A stretch of DNA of 64,000 nt from Epiperipatus broadwayi (GCA_028023455.1 JAQFVV010000005.1:19344001-19408000), one strand, 5' to 3'. Positions 25,021-38,858 are shown, counted from the stretch's first letter. Numbers and translations are program-made. The notes: generated by a model not told the origin, from the sequence alone.

Positions 25021-28000
25021 AGTCATATTTCATGTCAAAACACTGGATCCAGACATGCAATGATTCTGAGATAGTATTCAGGTAATTTACAAAGAAATTC
25101 AGTCACATTTTACTGTTACACTCTGTGTTGCTTATGTGTGGAATTAAATAAAACAAAACACGGTGACCTTTTTGACATTAAACTTCCCTTTACTGGTATT
25201 AGATTTACAAAATATATGAGTCGTCTAAACTCAGCAAATTACTCTTTTTTTAAATTGCAATGGCTCTCCTAAGAAAACCCGCGACAGAAAAAAAATTATA
25301 AGAAACAAAAAAAAAAAGACTACAAATTTTTTATTTCTGTAATCTTAAAACATAAAGAAATAACTACAAGTATATACATTAATTGACTCGTAACAGGAGA
25401 CAAAAACTCTAAATTAGAATTTTTTCAAAGCAGCTGCTACGAGAACCAGGCGTTTTTATTATTCCTTAAAATGAATGAGCCAAATATATTAATTTAATGG
25501 TTTTTCATGCTAAACAAAAAAAAAAAAAAACCCCATGATATTTATTTGTTTGATTTACATGAAAAACTTGGTATTCCTTCTGTTCCTACAGTCCAAGATA
25601 TTTACATAAATAAAGAAGGAACCAATCACAACTTGGCTCCATGAATATCACACATGTTAAAATGACAGGAGTTGATACTTTGACATCACAATTTGTAATC
25701 AAGAGATTTTATTTCGTAAACATTATGTACAGAGAAATGAAACAACTCCAGAATCTAGTTACTATAGGCTTTCCTTTGATTTCATTAAAAATATTTTTTG
25801 CATAAAGGAATATACATATACATACATACATACACACATATATATATATATGTATGTACACAAGACCCACTTATTAAAAAATGGTCAACTATGTAGTAAA
25901 ATAATTTTTTAATTTCCATTTTTTTAACAAGGGGACTTTTACCAACTAAAAATAATTTCAACTTCACAGCCTACCAAATAAAAAATAAAACATTTTATCT
26001 CCCTTTCCATAATCGTTAATTATTATCAATGTAATAACACAGGGAGAAAATAATTAAAAAAAAAGCACTTATTATACAATAAAATATATCATAGCAAATT
26101 ATAAAACATCCCAAAAGTAGCCAATTACCCTAAATATTTCCAAGAAAGCAATTCTTAGATGAATCCACTATTTCCTTATTCAGAATTAAATGATCAGTAC
26201 TGTTTTAAAAGAAATCCAAACACCAAAAAAAAAAAAAAATTAAAAATAAAAAACTTTTTTTTTCCGTAATTTTTTTGTACACATTAAATTAGTACATTTA
26301 AAATAAATAGTAAAAATTGATTTTAAACCAATATCATAATGACCTATATATGATTATATATGTAATGTAATAAAACCAATCCACTACCCTATATTTAGCA
26401 AATGGTTTAAATATATAAATATAAACCAGTAACACTTTCTAGATAAAAAATTTCACATTATGTACATTCTTTTCATAAACATCTAAAATTTAATAAGACA
26501 ATCCAGAGAATAATTTTTACAGAAATGAAATGCAAACACATATGTAGTATATCAATGCTAAAATAATTTGAAACAAAAAAAAAAGCTAAATAATGAATTT
26601 TAAATTCTAAACTGCTATTTTTTGTTTTGATATCTTAAAATTCATCAATTGAATAATTTTCCCCCAAAGGTATGGGAAAACAATTATGGAAACTTTCATC
26701 TAATGAATTCTATGGTAATAATTCAGAAAAATAAAAATTGATATTACTAATATATTTTGTAAAAAGTAATGAAAAAAACTTATATATATAGATATATATA
26801 TTTTATTACTATTGCAGCATTGAAGCATGTCACTGATATATACATATATATCAAGTGATCTGAAATACAAATTTTATAACTTCAAGGAATCTATTAGCAA
26901 TGAAGACTGGAATTAAGTAGTATAAATTCACTTATCATTAAGAGCAATATTCTTCTGATTACACGAAACCTTTAAAAAAAAACAAAAACACAGAATCTCA
27001 CAATCCAAAACTATTACAAAGCAATGGCTCTGATAAGCAATAAAAGCATGTATATACTTTTTCTGATTTTTGAGAATGCAAAGATGATCTAATCAAAATA
27101 TTAGTATAATATTAATTATTAAAAACAAGTAGCAGTGTATACAATCGAATCCAAAATATATGCTTAATATATACCAAAGAGTGTTGATTCAGTAGTGGTT
27201 ACAAGTAACACAGAACCAGAATGATCAAATGTGTTTTGAGTTTCTGTAGCAAGCACAACATCAACACAATATTTAAAACCACATAAGAACTTCTCATTTC
27301 TATTCTTGTTGAACCAAAGTTTTTTTCCAGAAATAGAAATCTTAATTGAGAAATAGGAAGGTTTTAATATTGTCAAATTATTACCAACTGAGCCAAAGTA
27401 AAATACATTAAAAGCAGACATTTAAATGAAGTTTACTTTTTAAAACAAAGCTAAATCTCAAAAGATCCTTAATAATGACAAAAAAAAATAAAGAATCGGA
27501 TAATCAAAAATTCATTAAATGAATTAAAATAAAATAATATATTCACATAAAATCAATTTATTACCACCATAATTCAATATTATAATATTATTTTTGAAAA
27601 ATATTCTATTACAAAAATGAATTTGTTTCCTAAATGAAGACATTATTTGACAACTCGTAAATAATTGATCTTTTATGGAATACTCATATATATGCAGCTA
27701 TAATCATATTAAACTATTGTTCGTCTATGACAATCAATAAAAAGGATAGTAATACGAATTCACAACATACTAAACCAAAATAAAGCAATTACCGTACATA
27801 ATAAATTCATTAATATTTTTTGTAAAACCTCTATTTGTGAAGAATAAAATTGACCAAAGTTCCAAAAATAAATTCCATATATAAATATGTTTTACAAAAA
27901 AATTAAAATTTATTGACGATGAATCAGTTCTCAAAATAATTAATTTAAGACAATATGTTTTCCATACGAGATAATGATCACTAGTAAACCAATGTCGTTT

Positions 28001-29153
28001 GGATTGACATTTTTTTCATATCAATCATTATAAAAAATTCTTCATAATTTTCTATAAGCATTCATAACCTTGATCAACTTTTGTGGGAGTGCAATCAATG
28101 TCTGTGGCTTCCTCCTCATTTGGCAACAGGGTGATCTACTAATTCCTTCTTAACAACCATATGTTTGAAATAAGGGTCAGAAATGATGACAGATTATGCA
28201 GATATTAATAGCATTGCCACATAATAACAACTTACAAAACCAAGTTCTATGTTACTATGATAAATAAGTGATTGACTTCCCTGATTATTAAATAGAGTAT
28301 GATTATTAATTTACACAATCACAGACAAATATTATGAAAAAAATAATAAATTTATCTTATGAAATGATTTAAAATATATTAATGTATCTTTAAAAGAAAA
28401 CACTGTTGATATTATTTCTTGATGACAGTACAAAAACGTCTTCACTATCATATCATTAATTTGGAAGACAGTCTGTAAAAAGGATGCAGTGGGTTTTGAA
28501 GTTATAATACAACTAGAAAAAAAAAAGCTATAAGAATTTCTTCCTTGGAGATATTATTATATAATATATAATGACCCATGTAATGACCCGTGCAAAAAAA
28601 AAGGCCTTTTGTTATGACAAATGTATTAAAATAAGCATAAAATAAAACAAATATATTTATTACTGACAGCCAAGCCTGAAAATATTAGAAACCTCAGATG
28701 TCTGCATAGCAGACAAGCTAGAAAGTATTATGTAAAATCTATCAATCTGAGAATGGGGTAGGGGAAGGTTTTAAATATATATATATATATATGGTTTTGT
28801 GTGTGTGTATATATACATACACATAGACACAAGCACAGTATATATATATAGAATAATTAATAGAAAAAAAACAACATAATATAGTAATTAATTTACTTTC
28901 CAATTAAATTTAAAGAGAAGGAAAAACCGCAGAATAAATTCAAAAGCTTCTCTTTCTTCTTTAAGAATACAATCTCACTTAACAAGGCAAAATGCAATTT
29001 TTCTTTTTTCTTTTTTTGGAGATGCATTTCAGTTAACATTTCTCTCACAAGAGAGAATACAGTCATGATTGTCTAGCTAACCACCAATGAAAATGATGGC
29101 GTAACATGTTAGCATTTTACACTTTCAGCATTTTATATTTGAAGCTATGAAAT

Positions 29154-29296
29154 TCAGAAGATGATGGGACAACTTTGCCATTCTTGCTTCTCCTTTGCCT
29201 CCCAATACTTATGGGTATACATATGAATTGGATTTCCTGTCCAAGGATCTTTCTGTTTCTTGAACCATACAGGATCATAAATTTTGACACTTCTAC
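29154..29296 (-). CDS. OSBP: OSBP terminal coding exon (not in the ORF track)
   Basis: (G)RSVKIYDPVWFKKQKDPWTGNPIHMYTHKYWEAKEKQEWQSCPIIF*, 143 nt. Acceptor ttcttatatag, phase 1, TGA at 29154-29156. Matches the typical OSBP C-terminus (YW..KEKQ.W..CP.IF). Confidence 0.95.
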
Positions 29297-30875
29297 CTAT
29301 ATAAGAAAAATTCAAAAATATTAAATACACAAAATTTAAAGGATTAGTCTATATTTAAATTAATCAAAAATGTCATATAAAATTGTAACAAAGTCCAGAA
29401 AATTTTTATCACCTATATTTGTGCATTTTATTTCAGTTGATATATATATGAAATTACTACAAAAAACAAAAAAAAAACGTCTCATTAGACAGTGGTGTCT
29501 TCTATGTTCAAATAACTAAAAGGCCAAGTATTCATTCCCTAAATTAATAGTTACATAATTAACTCTGAATACTATACAACTTGTATAATTAATTGATGGT
29601 GGATAGAATGAGAGATTCAGATGATGTTTAAGCGCCAAAGTGATATTATAAGCATAACAGTGTTAATCAGTAAATAAAATTGACTTTTCTCAATTGGATG
29701 TTGAACTGCTCTCATTACTACTCCAACCTGCACAGGATAGATTGAAGTTACCACTGCCATTATGTTGTAATGTGATTTTGTGTGTATAACACATTGTGAT
29801 AAAAATTTTGACAGACTTCAATATATATTTCACTTCTATCTTCCAACATATAAGTCCAATCAACATCTCAGATCTTTTAAATCTTATCTTTTGCTTTTCA
29901 TTTACTATGGTGGAAAAATAATATGGGCTATGCATGTGTGTGACAAAATATTAAATAAGCTTTCAAATAGAGATGGTGATGTGAAATTTATTATTTCTAT
30001 TTTTTTTTTAATCCCAAATTTAAAATCATTCAAAAGCAACTGATAATCACAGATTATCGTCAACATTCAAAATTTTCTAATTTTTTATTATTAAAAGAAA
30101 TCTTTCAATATATAAATTTTATATTTATAAAGGCTTCAGTGAATTACTTCAAAATTATTTACCCATCAAAACCAACAACAAAAAAATAGAAAAATTAATA
30201 GGCAGTTTGTGTAAGCGACTGCATATAAATAGGTATATGTGCGCACGCATATAAACTGGATATACACAGTTAAAAAGATATATATTTCCACTTTTAAATT
30301 ATAATTTATCAGTCCTGTTAAAGTCTAGTATATATATTAATTAGGGAAAAAATGATATCCCTCAAATATCATTTAACAATGGCTGGATCTTGAGGAAAAA
30401 AACATTTCATTCCTTTTTTTTTGATAGTGTCAGCTAAAACTATGACAAGTAAGATATTTTTATATATTATTTTAAATAGATTTTATGAGGATTATAATAA
30501 TATTCCTCAACTTTAGTGCCTTTCATGGCATGATACTTTATTATACATAAAGTAAATTAAAGTTATTGTGAAAGTTATAATTTGAACTAAATCCAAAAAG
30601 ATAAAAGATTTTATAAAAGCTTCAGCCAAAAAAAAAAAAACAAACATTACATTTAATTGCTTTTTAGGACATGGAAGTAAAATCAGGAAACTGAAATAAT
30701 ATCTTCAATCAGATTCAAGAATAATGCAAGCACTTATTAATATTGAAAAAAATAAAGGATTTTTCAGTTTCTCGAGGAATTAATTCATTTATTTTAAACG
30801 ATTGTTTGCCAAAACTATAATTAAAAATAAAAACACTTTTGCTAAATTATTTCAAATTTATAATGTGATATATAT

Positions 30876-31403
30876 AATATATAGGGTATATGGGCAGAGA
30901 CTTTCACACGACCCACCACTCTTTATCTCATATCACTGATACACTTGAACACATATATGTCGAAAAGATAAATAATCACCAATAGACGTATTTCATGCTA
31001 AAACAGCAATATCAGTTGGTCCAGATTATCATCTCTACACATATGTGCAATAAGTGCTCAGATATATATTAAGATAGCCAATCTTCATACTTTAATGGAC
31101 AGGCTTCAATTCACTCCACACTCCAACTCTTCAATCATCCATCCAATTGAAAATCCGATGATGGAATGCTCAAAGGCTACCCTGAGGCCAAGATTCTTGT
31201 CACACCCATGTTGATCTAAAGTCAATCTGACCCCTTATGTACAGGACATAATCCATTTAATACATATACAAGGATTGGGCAGACATCTCTATTATGTAAT
31301 AACTGAAATACAGGCTTATTATATACCTGTATCAATATATGTAATATATAGGGTATGTGAGCACAGTGATATGAGATAGAGTGGTGGGTCGTGTGAAAGT
31401 CTG
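30876..31403 (-). mobile_element. Hammerhead-containing non-coding repeat (retrozyme/Penelope pLTR-like), family 1 copy A
   Basis: ATAGGGTA(T/G)TG.GCA.AG repeats at 30881 and 31348 (467-nt period); terminal ~39-bp inversion (30899-30939 vs 31365-31403); minus-strand hammerhead core at ~30975-31025 lacking G8. Confidence 0.75.
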
Positions 31404-31532
31404 TTTAAATTAGATAGCTGGATTTAAAGACTTTCATGTTTGAAAATTTCAGAGTTTCTACTTAAATATTACGTATGAAATAAGTGCTGGGTTTTGAGTT
31501 GTTATTTTAGATCTAGTGTCCGAATATTTTAG

Positions 31533-31578
31533 CTCCCCACTGACGTGAGCCATAAGCTCAAAACCAGTTGGTCTGGAG
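31533..31578 (+). ncRNA. Degenerate minimal hammerhead ribozyme (third family)
   Basis: CCA-CTGACGT-GAGC cataa GCTC-AAAA-CCAGTTGG-TC-TGG: stems I, II and quasi-palindromic III all form, GTC site at 31571-31573, but A9>T and G12>A. Confidence 0.5.
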
Positions 31579-31749
31579 ATGGGAAGGTTCTGGATAGAGA
31601 TTTTAAATATTTTATCATACCGCACTTATCAATTAAGAACTTGTTTGAGCTATTGGTATGCTCTCTGTATTACATTTTTGTAAATACAAGCTTATAAAAG
31701 TAATGTCATGTTATATATGACTTGCTTTTTTGATTATTATTATTATAAT

Positions 31750-32150
31750 AACATATATGAAATTAAAATGCAAGTAACTGCAACTTCTCATGAGCTATGT
31801 ATAAATTAGTAATCATCCAGCAATAAACGAAAAGAATAGAATGATACCATCTATTCCTTTAGCATTGATGATATTTACGCATTTGTTTATTGATATATTA
31901 AAATGCTTTAAAATGATGTGCTATCTTTATCTTCTGACTGTTTAATAATGATATTAGAATAATTTGTGCCATACTTAATATCCATAATTTATGCTCTATT
32001 TTATAACACATCAGTAAGTAAAATGCTTAAATATCATCAGAGTTAAAAACACAAGTGATAGCATTCATTTACTGTTGGATGATGATTATTATATACATAA
32101 CTCACAGGGGATTGCAGTTACTTCTGTTTCAATTTCATATGTGAAACTCA
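31750..32150. repeat. Diverged inverted repeat (old MITE/fold-back)
   Basis: catatatgaaattaaaatgcaagtaactgcaa...atcatccagcaataaa matches the reverse complement of tttactgttggatgat...ttgcagttacttctgtttcaatttcatatg. Confidence 0.65.
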
Positions 32151-33065
32151 TAGAAATTGTCAAATCCTACACATAATACTTTTTATAATTCCATAATATA
32201 AATTAATTTATTCATGTCCAAATAACTATTTATACTTAGTTTTATGAAAGATAATATTACTTTAATATAATCAAAACTTTAAAAACTCCAACTTCCTTTA
32301 ATTTAAAAAAAAATTTTTAATTAATAAAAATTAATACAAGTACAGATTATAATAAACCTTTACTACAAACTTTAAACAACAAAAAAAACCTGTGTGTATA
32401 TATATATCCATAGCCTGCCAAAGATTTCTCTAACAGCCCGTCATAGAATAAAAATAAAGGAAAAAGCAGATACTCTGATAGGCTAAATAACTTATTTGTA
32501 TCCTTTTAGCTAAGTAATGTTACATACTCATTTATGAAATAGAAATCTGTATTTTATTAAATATGATTGCTTATAATGATTAATAATATATTTATTTAAT
32601 ATGATAATGTCAAATGAATGTAATAGAAAATTTGGCACTTGACAATTGAATTATAATTTACTAACAAGCATCGAATAATTAAGCAGGTTCACTATTTGGG
32701 GGAAAAAAATTAAAGCCTATTTAATAATGATTAACAATAGTCAAAATCTAAATTACTTCTTAGTCTGATGATTAGGAAATAGAATGTATGATCAAATGAA
32801 AAAATCTATCATTGCCATTAGTTTTCCACTGTCCTGAACACCCAATTCATTCTAGAATTTTAATATTCATTGTTATATCATAAACTTTAATAAGTTCATT
32901 ACTACCTTCACCTATTTTGATTTTATTATTGTTGAATATATATAAGATTCATAGTGACAGTGATATATATATATTTCTGACTAATAATAATTACATTCTT
33001 AATACATGCATGCAGCTTTAGTCAAATGATGAATAACTTTTTAAAAAAATAAACAATTGTAATAC

Positions 33066-33286
33066 CTTCCTGAAGAGCTGTTTCACTTTCCAATTCCCTT
33101 TTGCGCCTGACAGTTCTTTGCTTTTCTTCTAATCTAAGTTTTTCTTGATTTGCCTCATTCCAGAAGCCTTCTTCCATTAAGTGTTGATCTGGTCGCAGTC
33201 GACTATCTGTAGGAGCAATACCTTCCTCCATTTCATTTAACTGACATGCTAATTCCGTGAAACAATACATCTTTTCATTTTCTACC
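33066..33286 (-). CDS. OSBP: OSBP coding exon
   Basis: (P)VENEKMYCFTELACQLNEMEEGIAPTDSRLRPDQHLMEEGFWNEANQEKLRLEEKQRTVRRKRELESETALQE, 221 nt. Acceptor ccag, donor gtatt, phase 2/1. Contains the PTDSRLRPDQ and EKLRLEEKQR motifs. Confidence 0.97.
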
Positions 33287-33639
33287 CTGGAAAAACAATC
33301 ACTATGAATTAATATAAAGACACGAATGACCACAAATTACTCATTTAAATTAATTATAACATAACTGGATTAACTGTATTTTCATTCATACATCAAAGGG
33401 TATTAAGAAATTCATTCTGTTATTACAATATGATTCTTTTTGTCTGTCTAAACCATATATATTCAACTTTTCCATGTTTTCATACTTTTTTTTAAAAATC
33501 ACTATTACTTTCTGATTCTTACTATTCTTTATTCCTTTACACAGTTTCATATTTTCCTATTGCTTCCAAATAATTTCTTTATCTGTGAATATATGGTTTA
33601 ATCTACCCAATTAGATATTTGTTTTGTTAATTTTCACCA

Positions 33640-36110
33640 TCAACCTTTCAGCTTTATACATATACGCTTGCGTATATATCTAAAAATATGTGAAGATACT
33701 GGGGGCATGGAATTTTCTTAAGGAATTCATTATGAATATAAATATTGGGTTCATTAAAAAAAAGGCACCATGACTAATTTTCTATCAATGATATTTATTA
33801 GTGATTTGATTAAAAAAAATGTTTCCTGCATAGAGATGTAAAGGCAAAAATTCAACATCTCAGAAGAATGCGTAATAAAAGTGATTGATGGAATAAAACT
33901 GCAAAAGAAATACATGCATTCACTGATTGTGGTTACTTTAAATCTTTGTTTGATGTATTGAAAGCAACAAATAGACTTAAAAATGATACCACAATTTCAT
34001 TAAATCAAGTAATTACATTCCCTTATATAAAACAATGATATTTCAAACTCATGGAAAGAGTGACTATTTTGATTATGTTTTGAATAATGATACAAGAATC
34101 AACATGATGACTTTTATTAAACAGGCAAAACTCTACATACAGTAGTGCCACCCTGTGCCAATCAGAGTAATCTGGCATCAGAAGTTTTGCCTGTTTAATA
34201 AGTTATGTGCTAGCATAAGAGATGATCATGTGATGAATAGAATTAACTATAAATAAAAAGTGACAGGCAGAATGGCAAGATTAATTATTCAAATTAACCC
34301 AACAATTTCTCATTATGATGAAAAAATAGAGGATTTTTATATGTACAAATTATATTTAAAAATAGTTAAAAAATAAAAGTGCTATGGATAAATTTGGCTA
34401 TAGCATGAGAGAAGACACAGGATTGGGGAATTTATAAGGAAAAATAACTGCTTATTACAATTTTTTTCTTTGAGAAATATCTAAATGAAAATGGACATGG
34501 GACCATTCAAATGTAAGTAGGTATAGCAAATTGTATTATATTTTGACTAAGAGAAAATATGTATTTCAAGACTATAAAATTCTTAATAAATTCATCACAG
34601 GAAGTAATTATTGATTAGTGAGAAGTAAGATATGAGCTAATGCAAAACTAGAGACACAAAATTCTTAAAGGATAATATTAACAGTTGATATTCCAAACTT
34701 TCAAAAGACTTTGAAGATGGTTCAAACTTAACTCAGATTAATAACAAGATAAATGATACTCCACTAAGAATAGCAATTAAAATAGCTGGTACAGAAAGGC
34801 AGCCCACTGAGACAAGACACCATATCATTGAAAGAAGGAATATGAAAGTATCTGAAAGTGATTCATTAAGAATTGAATATATTTGGAATTCTATAAAATG
34901 ATAAGAAAATGATAAACTATAACATTCGTTGAATTGCCAAGCATTTTAAATGAAGAACTTTAAATGAGATATGCAGTTAAATTTATAAAAGAAAAATAGG
35001 ATTGTGAAATGATGAATATATCAAATTTCTATATAATAAAGATGTAACATGATTAAAAAAATGCAATAGTAATAGGAAAGATGATAACAAAATTACAGAC
35101 TTATCAGTTCTATACAAAATCTTTATCAAGATAGTAACAGCTCATCTACGGTAAACTTTAGATTCAAATCAAGGCAAAGGAATAAATTGGATTTTAGTGT
35201 TCTTAGGTGTGGATCATATCTGAGTATTGAGACAAGTTATAGAAAGGATCAATAAACATGAGTTTCCATTATGTTTTAGATTTATAGATAATAAAAAGGC
35301 ATTCGATTCTATAAACATTTCCAGAGTAAATAAGCTTTGAAACATTGAGATACAGATATAGGATATTATTACATTTTTTAGAATATCAGATTACATGATG
35401 ATATTTATATTAATAATGATAAGAGTTGCACAATAGGATGATTTCATACCTCTAAAACTTTTTACATCAGTTTTACCAGAAGTATTTTGTGGATTAAAAT
35501 GGAAAAGTAAAGGAATAAAAATATGTAAAAATTATCTACATTTTGCAGACTATGTGAGAATTTTTGCACATAATGCTTCAGAGCTTTAAAAAAGGTTGCA
35601 GGAGTTATCAGACAAAAGTAAGAAAGTAGAATTAAAGATAAATATTAAGAAAACTAAAGTAATGTTCAAAGATTTTTATCAGGAAAAAAAAAATAAAGAT
35701 GAATAATCATAAATTAGCAGAAGTTAACAACTATAAATACTTGAACTCAAATTATCAATACTGACAGAAACATAGAATTAAATTTTGATAGTGTGCTTTT
35801 AGTAGAAATAAGGTTAAAAGGAACTATATCTACATATTTAAAAATGAAGATTTTTAATAGCTGTATTTTATCAACTCCTATTTATGGTTCTGAAATTTGG
35901 GACATTTAACAGAAAAGCATTACGAAGATCTCCGGCTGCTCAATAAAGTAAGAGAGATGTACATTAAGAATAACAAGAATGAAATATGTGATTATGATAA
36001 CAAGCAGGTATCACTGACATCACTGAAAGAATTAATAGACTAAAATAGAGCTGGGCTGGACACGAGATAGATGGATAAAATAAAGAAGTTTGCTGTTGTA
36101 ATGTAGATAA
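33640..36110 (+). mobile_element. Near-complete decayed RTE-type LINE, antisense in an OSBP intron
   Basis: APE remnants (~33700-34500), RT motif FADYVRIFAHNASEL..LQELSDKSKKVELKINIKKTKVMF (~35540-35670), YGSEIW and WAGH (~36050). Confidence 0.85.
34114..34201. mobile_element. 88-bp mini-MITE inserted in the RTE relic
   Basis: Perfect 19-bp inverted ends TTATTAAACAGGCAAAACT (34114-34132) and AGTTTTGCCTGTTTAATAA (34183-34201). Core related to 11114-11184 and 16468-16530. Confidence 0.6.
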
Positions 36111-36119
36111 AACAAATTA

Positions 36120-37870
36120 CGAATTGAAGAAGCTGGATCAAATTTGGAGAGACCATAGATCAATAATTGTTGAAAATGTTGATGATCCCTTTTACCTACT
36201 TAAAAAATTAGATTTGCACAAAAGTATTCAGCTTAGTAAAATTATAACATTTCTTCATAATCTTAAAAATAGAAAGGTTTCAAGTCATGATGAGATACTT
36301 AAAAAAGTTTTAAAATATCTAAGGATATGTTAGCTTTAAAAACATTAATTTTTTTTTATGAATATCATGAAATTATATTATCAGATCTTAAGGATGAATC
36401 TCTTGCTCCAATTTTTTAAAATAAAGGCAAGAGTTAAAACTGTAGGAATTATCATGAAATGTCAATTTTATCCGCTATAGCAAAGAAAATGGATTTTGTT
36501 GAATAGATTGCTTCTAATCGATAAATGGTTACGAAAGACTATAGATATAGTTTCTGTGGCCAGGCAAATACAAGAAATGTGTCGAGAACAGTGGTTTATA
36601 TATTGCTTCTATTGATTTGGTGAAAGCATTTGATTCAATTGAGAGGATAGGCCTATGGCAATGTTTGAAATTAGTTGGTTGTCCATAAAACTTATTCATA
36701 TTGTACAACTTCTACCTGATGAAATGAGAGAAAGTCTTATTACTACAGATGGAAAGTGAGAGGAATTTGATATGAAAACAAGTGTTAAACAAAGATAGTA
36801 CTTGTTCCAACCTTGTTTTCAATTTTTATGATTATAGTCTTTGGAATTGTTTATGGATGGTTTAGTAAATGAGGTATAAAGATGCACAAGTTTGACAGTG
36901 GAATTTTTGATTAGAAGTGAAAATATGAACTTCATCTTCTGGATTCATATACTATTTTTCCTGGTTCAAAAGATAATCTATGGAATATACACTTAATATT
37001 TTGAATGCAATATATAAAGAATTTGGTTTAGTAATTGATTTTCAAAATAGTTCACTTTATCAGTCAATAATGGGAAAAAAATCTTCAACAACTTTTTTTT
37101 TTTTAGATTGGATAATTATCACTTAAGAATGTAAGCTAATTAAAATACCTTGGTAATTTTATAAATAATTAGAAAGATGGACTTAGATATTTCATACATA
37201 AAAAATTCAATAAAATTGTTCTCTTTTTCTTCAAAAAACCTTTATTTTCATGAATCCATATATATTCCAATACATTATACACATTCCTGATGTTTGACTA
37301 CTTCCTTGTAGTCATTATTAAGGATCTAAAAAATATATATACATTATTATAAGTATATAATTTTTAATTCATAATATAACATTTCTTTAGATATTGAGGT
37401 GCAGTATAAATTCCAATATGCTGCAGATATACTTGGTAAGTTATAACAGTAAGTAGTTTGTCACAATGAAATAACCACTGCAATTAAACTAATTGTATAT
37501 TAGGACCATTATTTTACCTGATTTAACTTCAACACCCTATTGAATTTAACATAAAGTCAATAGATTTTCAATTTAAAAATTTCTGTAAAATTTTATAAAT
37601 ACAATATGTTATTCATTATTATAAAATTATATTTTGATGGACTGGACATGTGAAACATATCAACACTACAAGACTTCCTAAAAGGTCTTTCATTTTGAAA
37701 ATGGAGGATGATTTTCATGTGAGATACTGACCCCATATACATTTTAAAGACTATCTCAAAAATATTCTAAATAAGTGTAATATTGATTGTTTTCATAGGC
37801 AAGATGTGACATAGAAAAAAATACATTAAAGAGTTAAATTAGACATGGTGTTGAAATATTTCAAAAACTT
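36120..37870 (+). mobile_element. RTE-BovB-like LINE RT relic
   Basis: LAPIF.NKG...NCRNYHEMSIL, ASIDLVKAFDSIERIGLWQCLKLVGCP (~36600-36685) and C-terminal RWTGHVKHINTTRLPKR (~37636-37690). Confidence 0.8.
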
Positions 37871-38496
37871 TTCTGCAGAAATTAATACATGGTATCACAA
37901 ATGGGCCAGTATGTTCTCTAAATGTACATATTTGTGGTTTATGAACTGATTTGTATAATCATTATAAAATTCATCTCTAGTATATTATTTGTTTTGTTCT
38001 TTTCTCTCTCTTGGAATTGGAATGACCATGCACATTTATAAATGATGGTTGCTGCTATTAATATATTTAGACAATTATCTTATTGATTTAATTACAAAAA
38101 TGATCTTAACTTCTTATCTATCAAAAACAATTTGTTAATTTTTCTATCTGCATAAAAATATATATATATTTATTTATTTAAATGTGGCACATTTAATAGT
38201 TTTAAAATTATAAAATTGTGAATAGTAAATATTAGCATTTATTGCATTTTTTTAAATACTATATTTTGTAATTTTTTTCAAATCCTTAAAAACAAAATTA
38301 TGTAATGCAATCTTAAAACAATTTATGATAGGATATAATTAATTATACACTAAAATTTCATAAACAACTACTTATAATTAATCAAGTTTACTTGAAATAA
38401 TTGCGACAATCTATAAATGTATTACATTATAATGTCAGAATGCAACACAGTGAACTTAAATGTTATAAATAAAAAAAAGTTAAAATGTAAACTCAC

Positions 38497-38666
38497 GGTG
38501 GAAAACGTCTTTTCCACAAAATCTTGGGTGTTGATGTTTCAATGAGAGGTTTGCCTTTATTCAGTGATTCACTACTGATAACCTTGGCTGCTTCCATTTT
38601 ATCATCCCAGGTTCCAGATAAGACCCAGCGGGCAGCACCAACATTATCTGTCACCACTCCTGTTAC
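38497..38666 (-). CDS. OSBP: OSBP coding exon (not in the ORF track)
   Basis: VTGVVTDNVGAARWVLSGTWDDKMEAAKVISSESLNKGKPLIETSTPKILWKRRFP, 170 nt. Acceptor tag, donor gtgagt, phase 0/2, matching both neighbours. Confidence 0.95.
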
Positions 38667-38858
38667 CTAATAATATACACATAATTTAGATTACTTTGCT
38701 CCCAACTAAATTTTCTACTTTTTTATCATTTAAAACAATAATCAAATTATTAAACCAGGTCAATCTTAAATCAAACAATAATAAATTTTATCAGCTAAAA
38801 AAAAAATCAAAAGTGAATGTATAGATTTAAAATGATTTTGATTGCTTTCATTGGTAAG

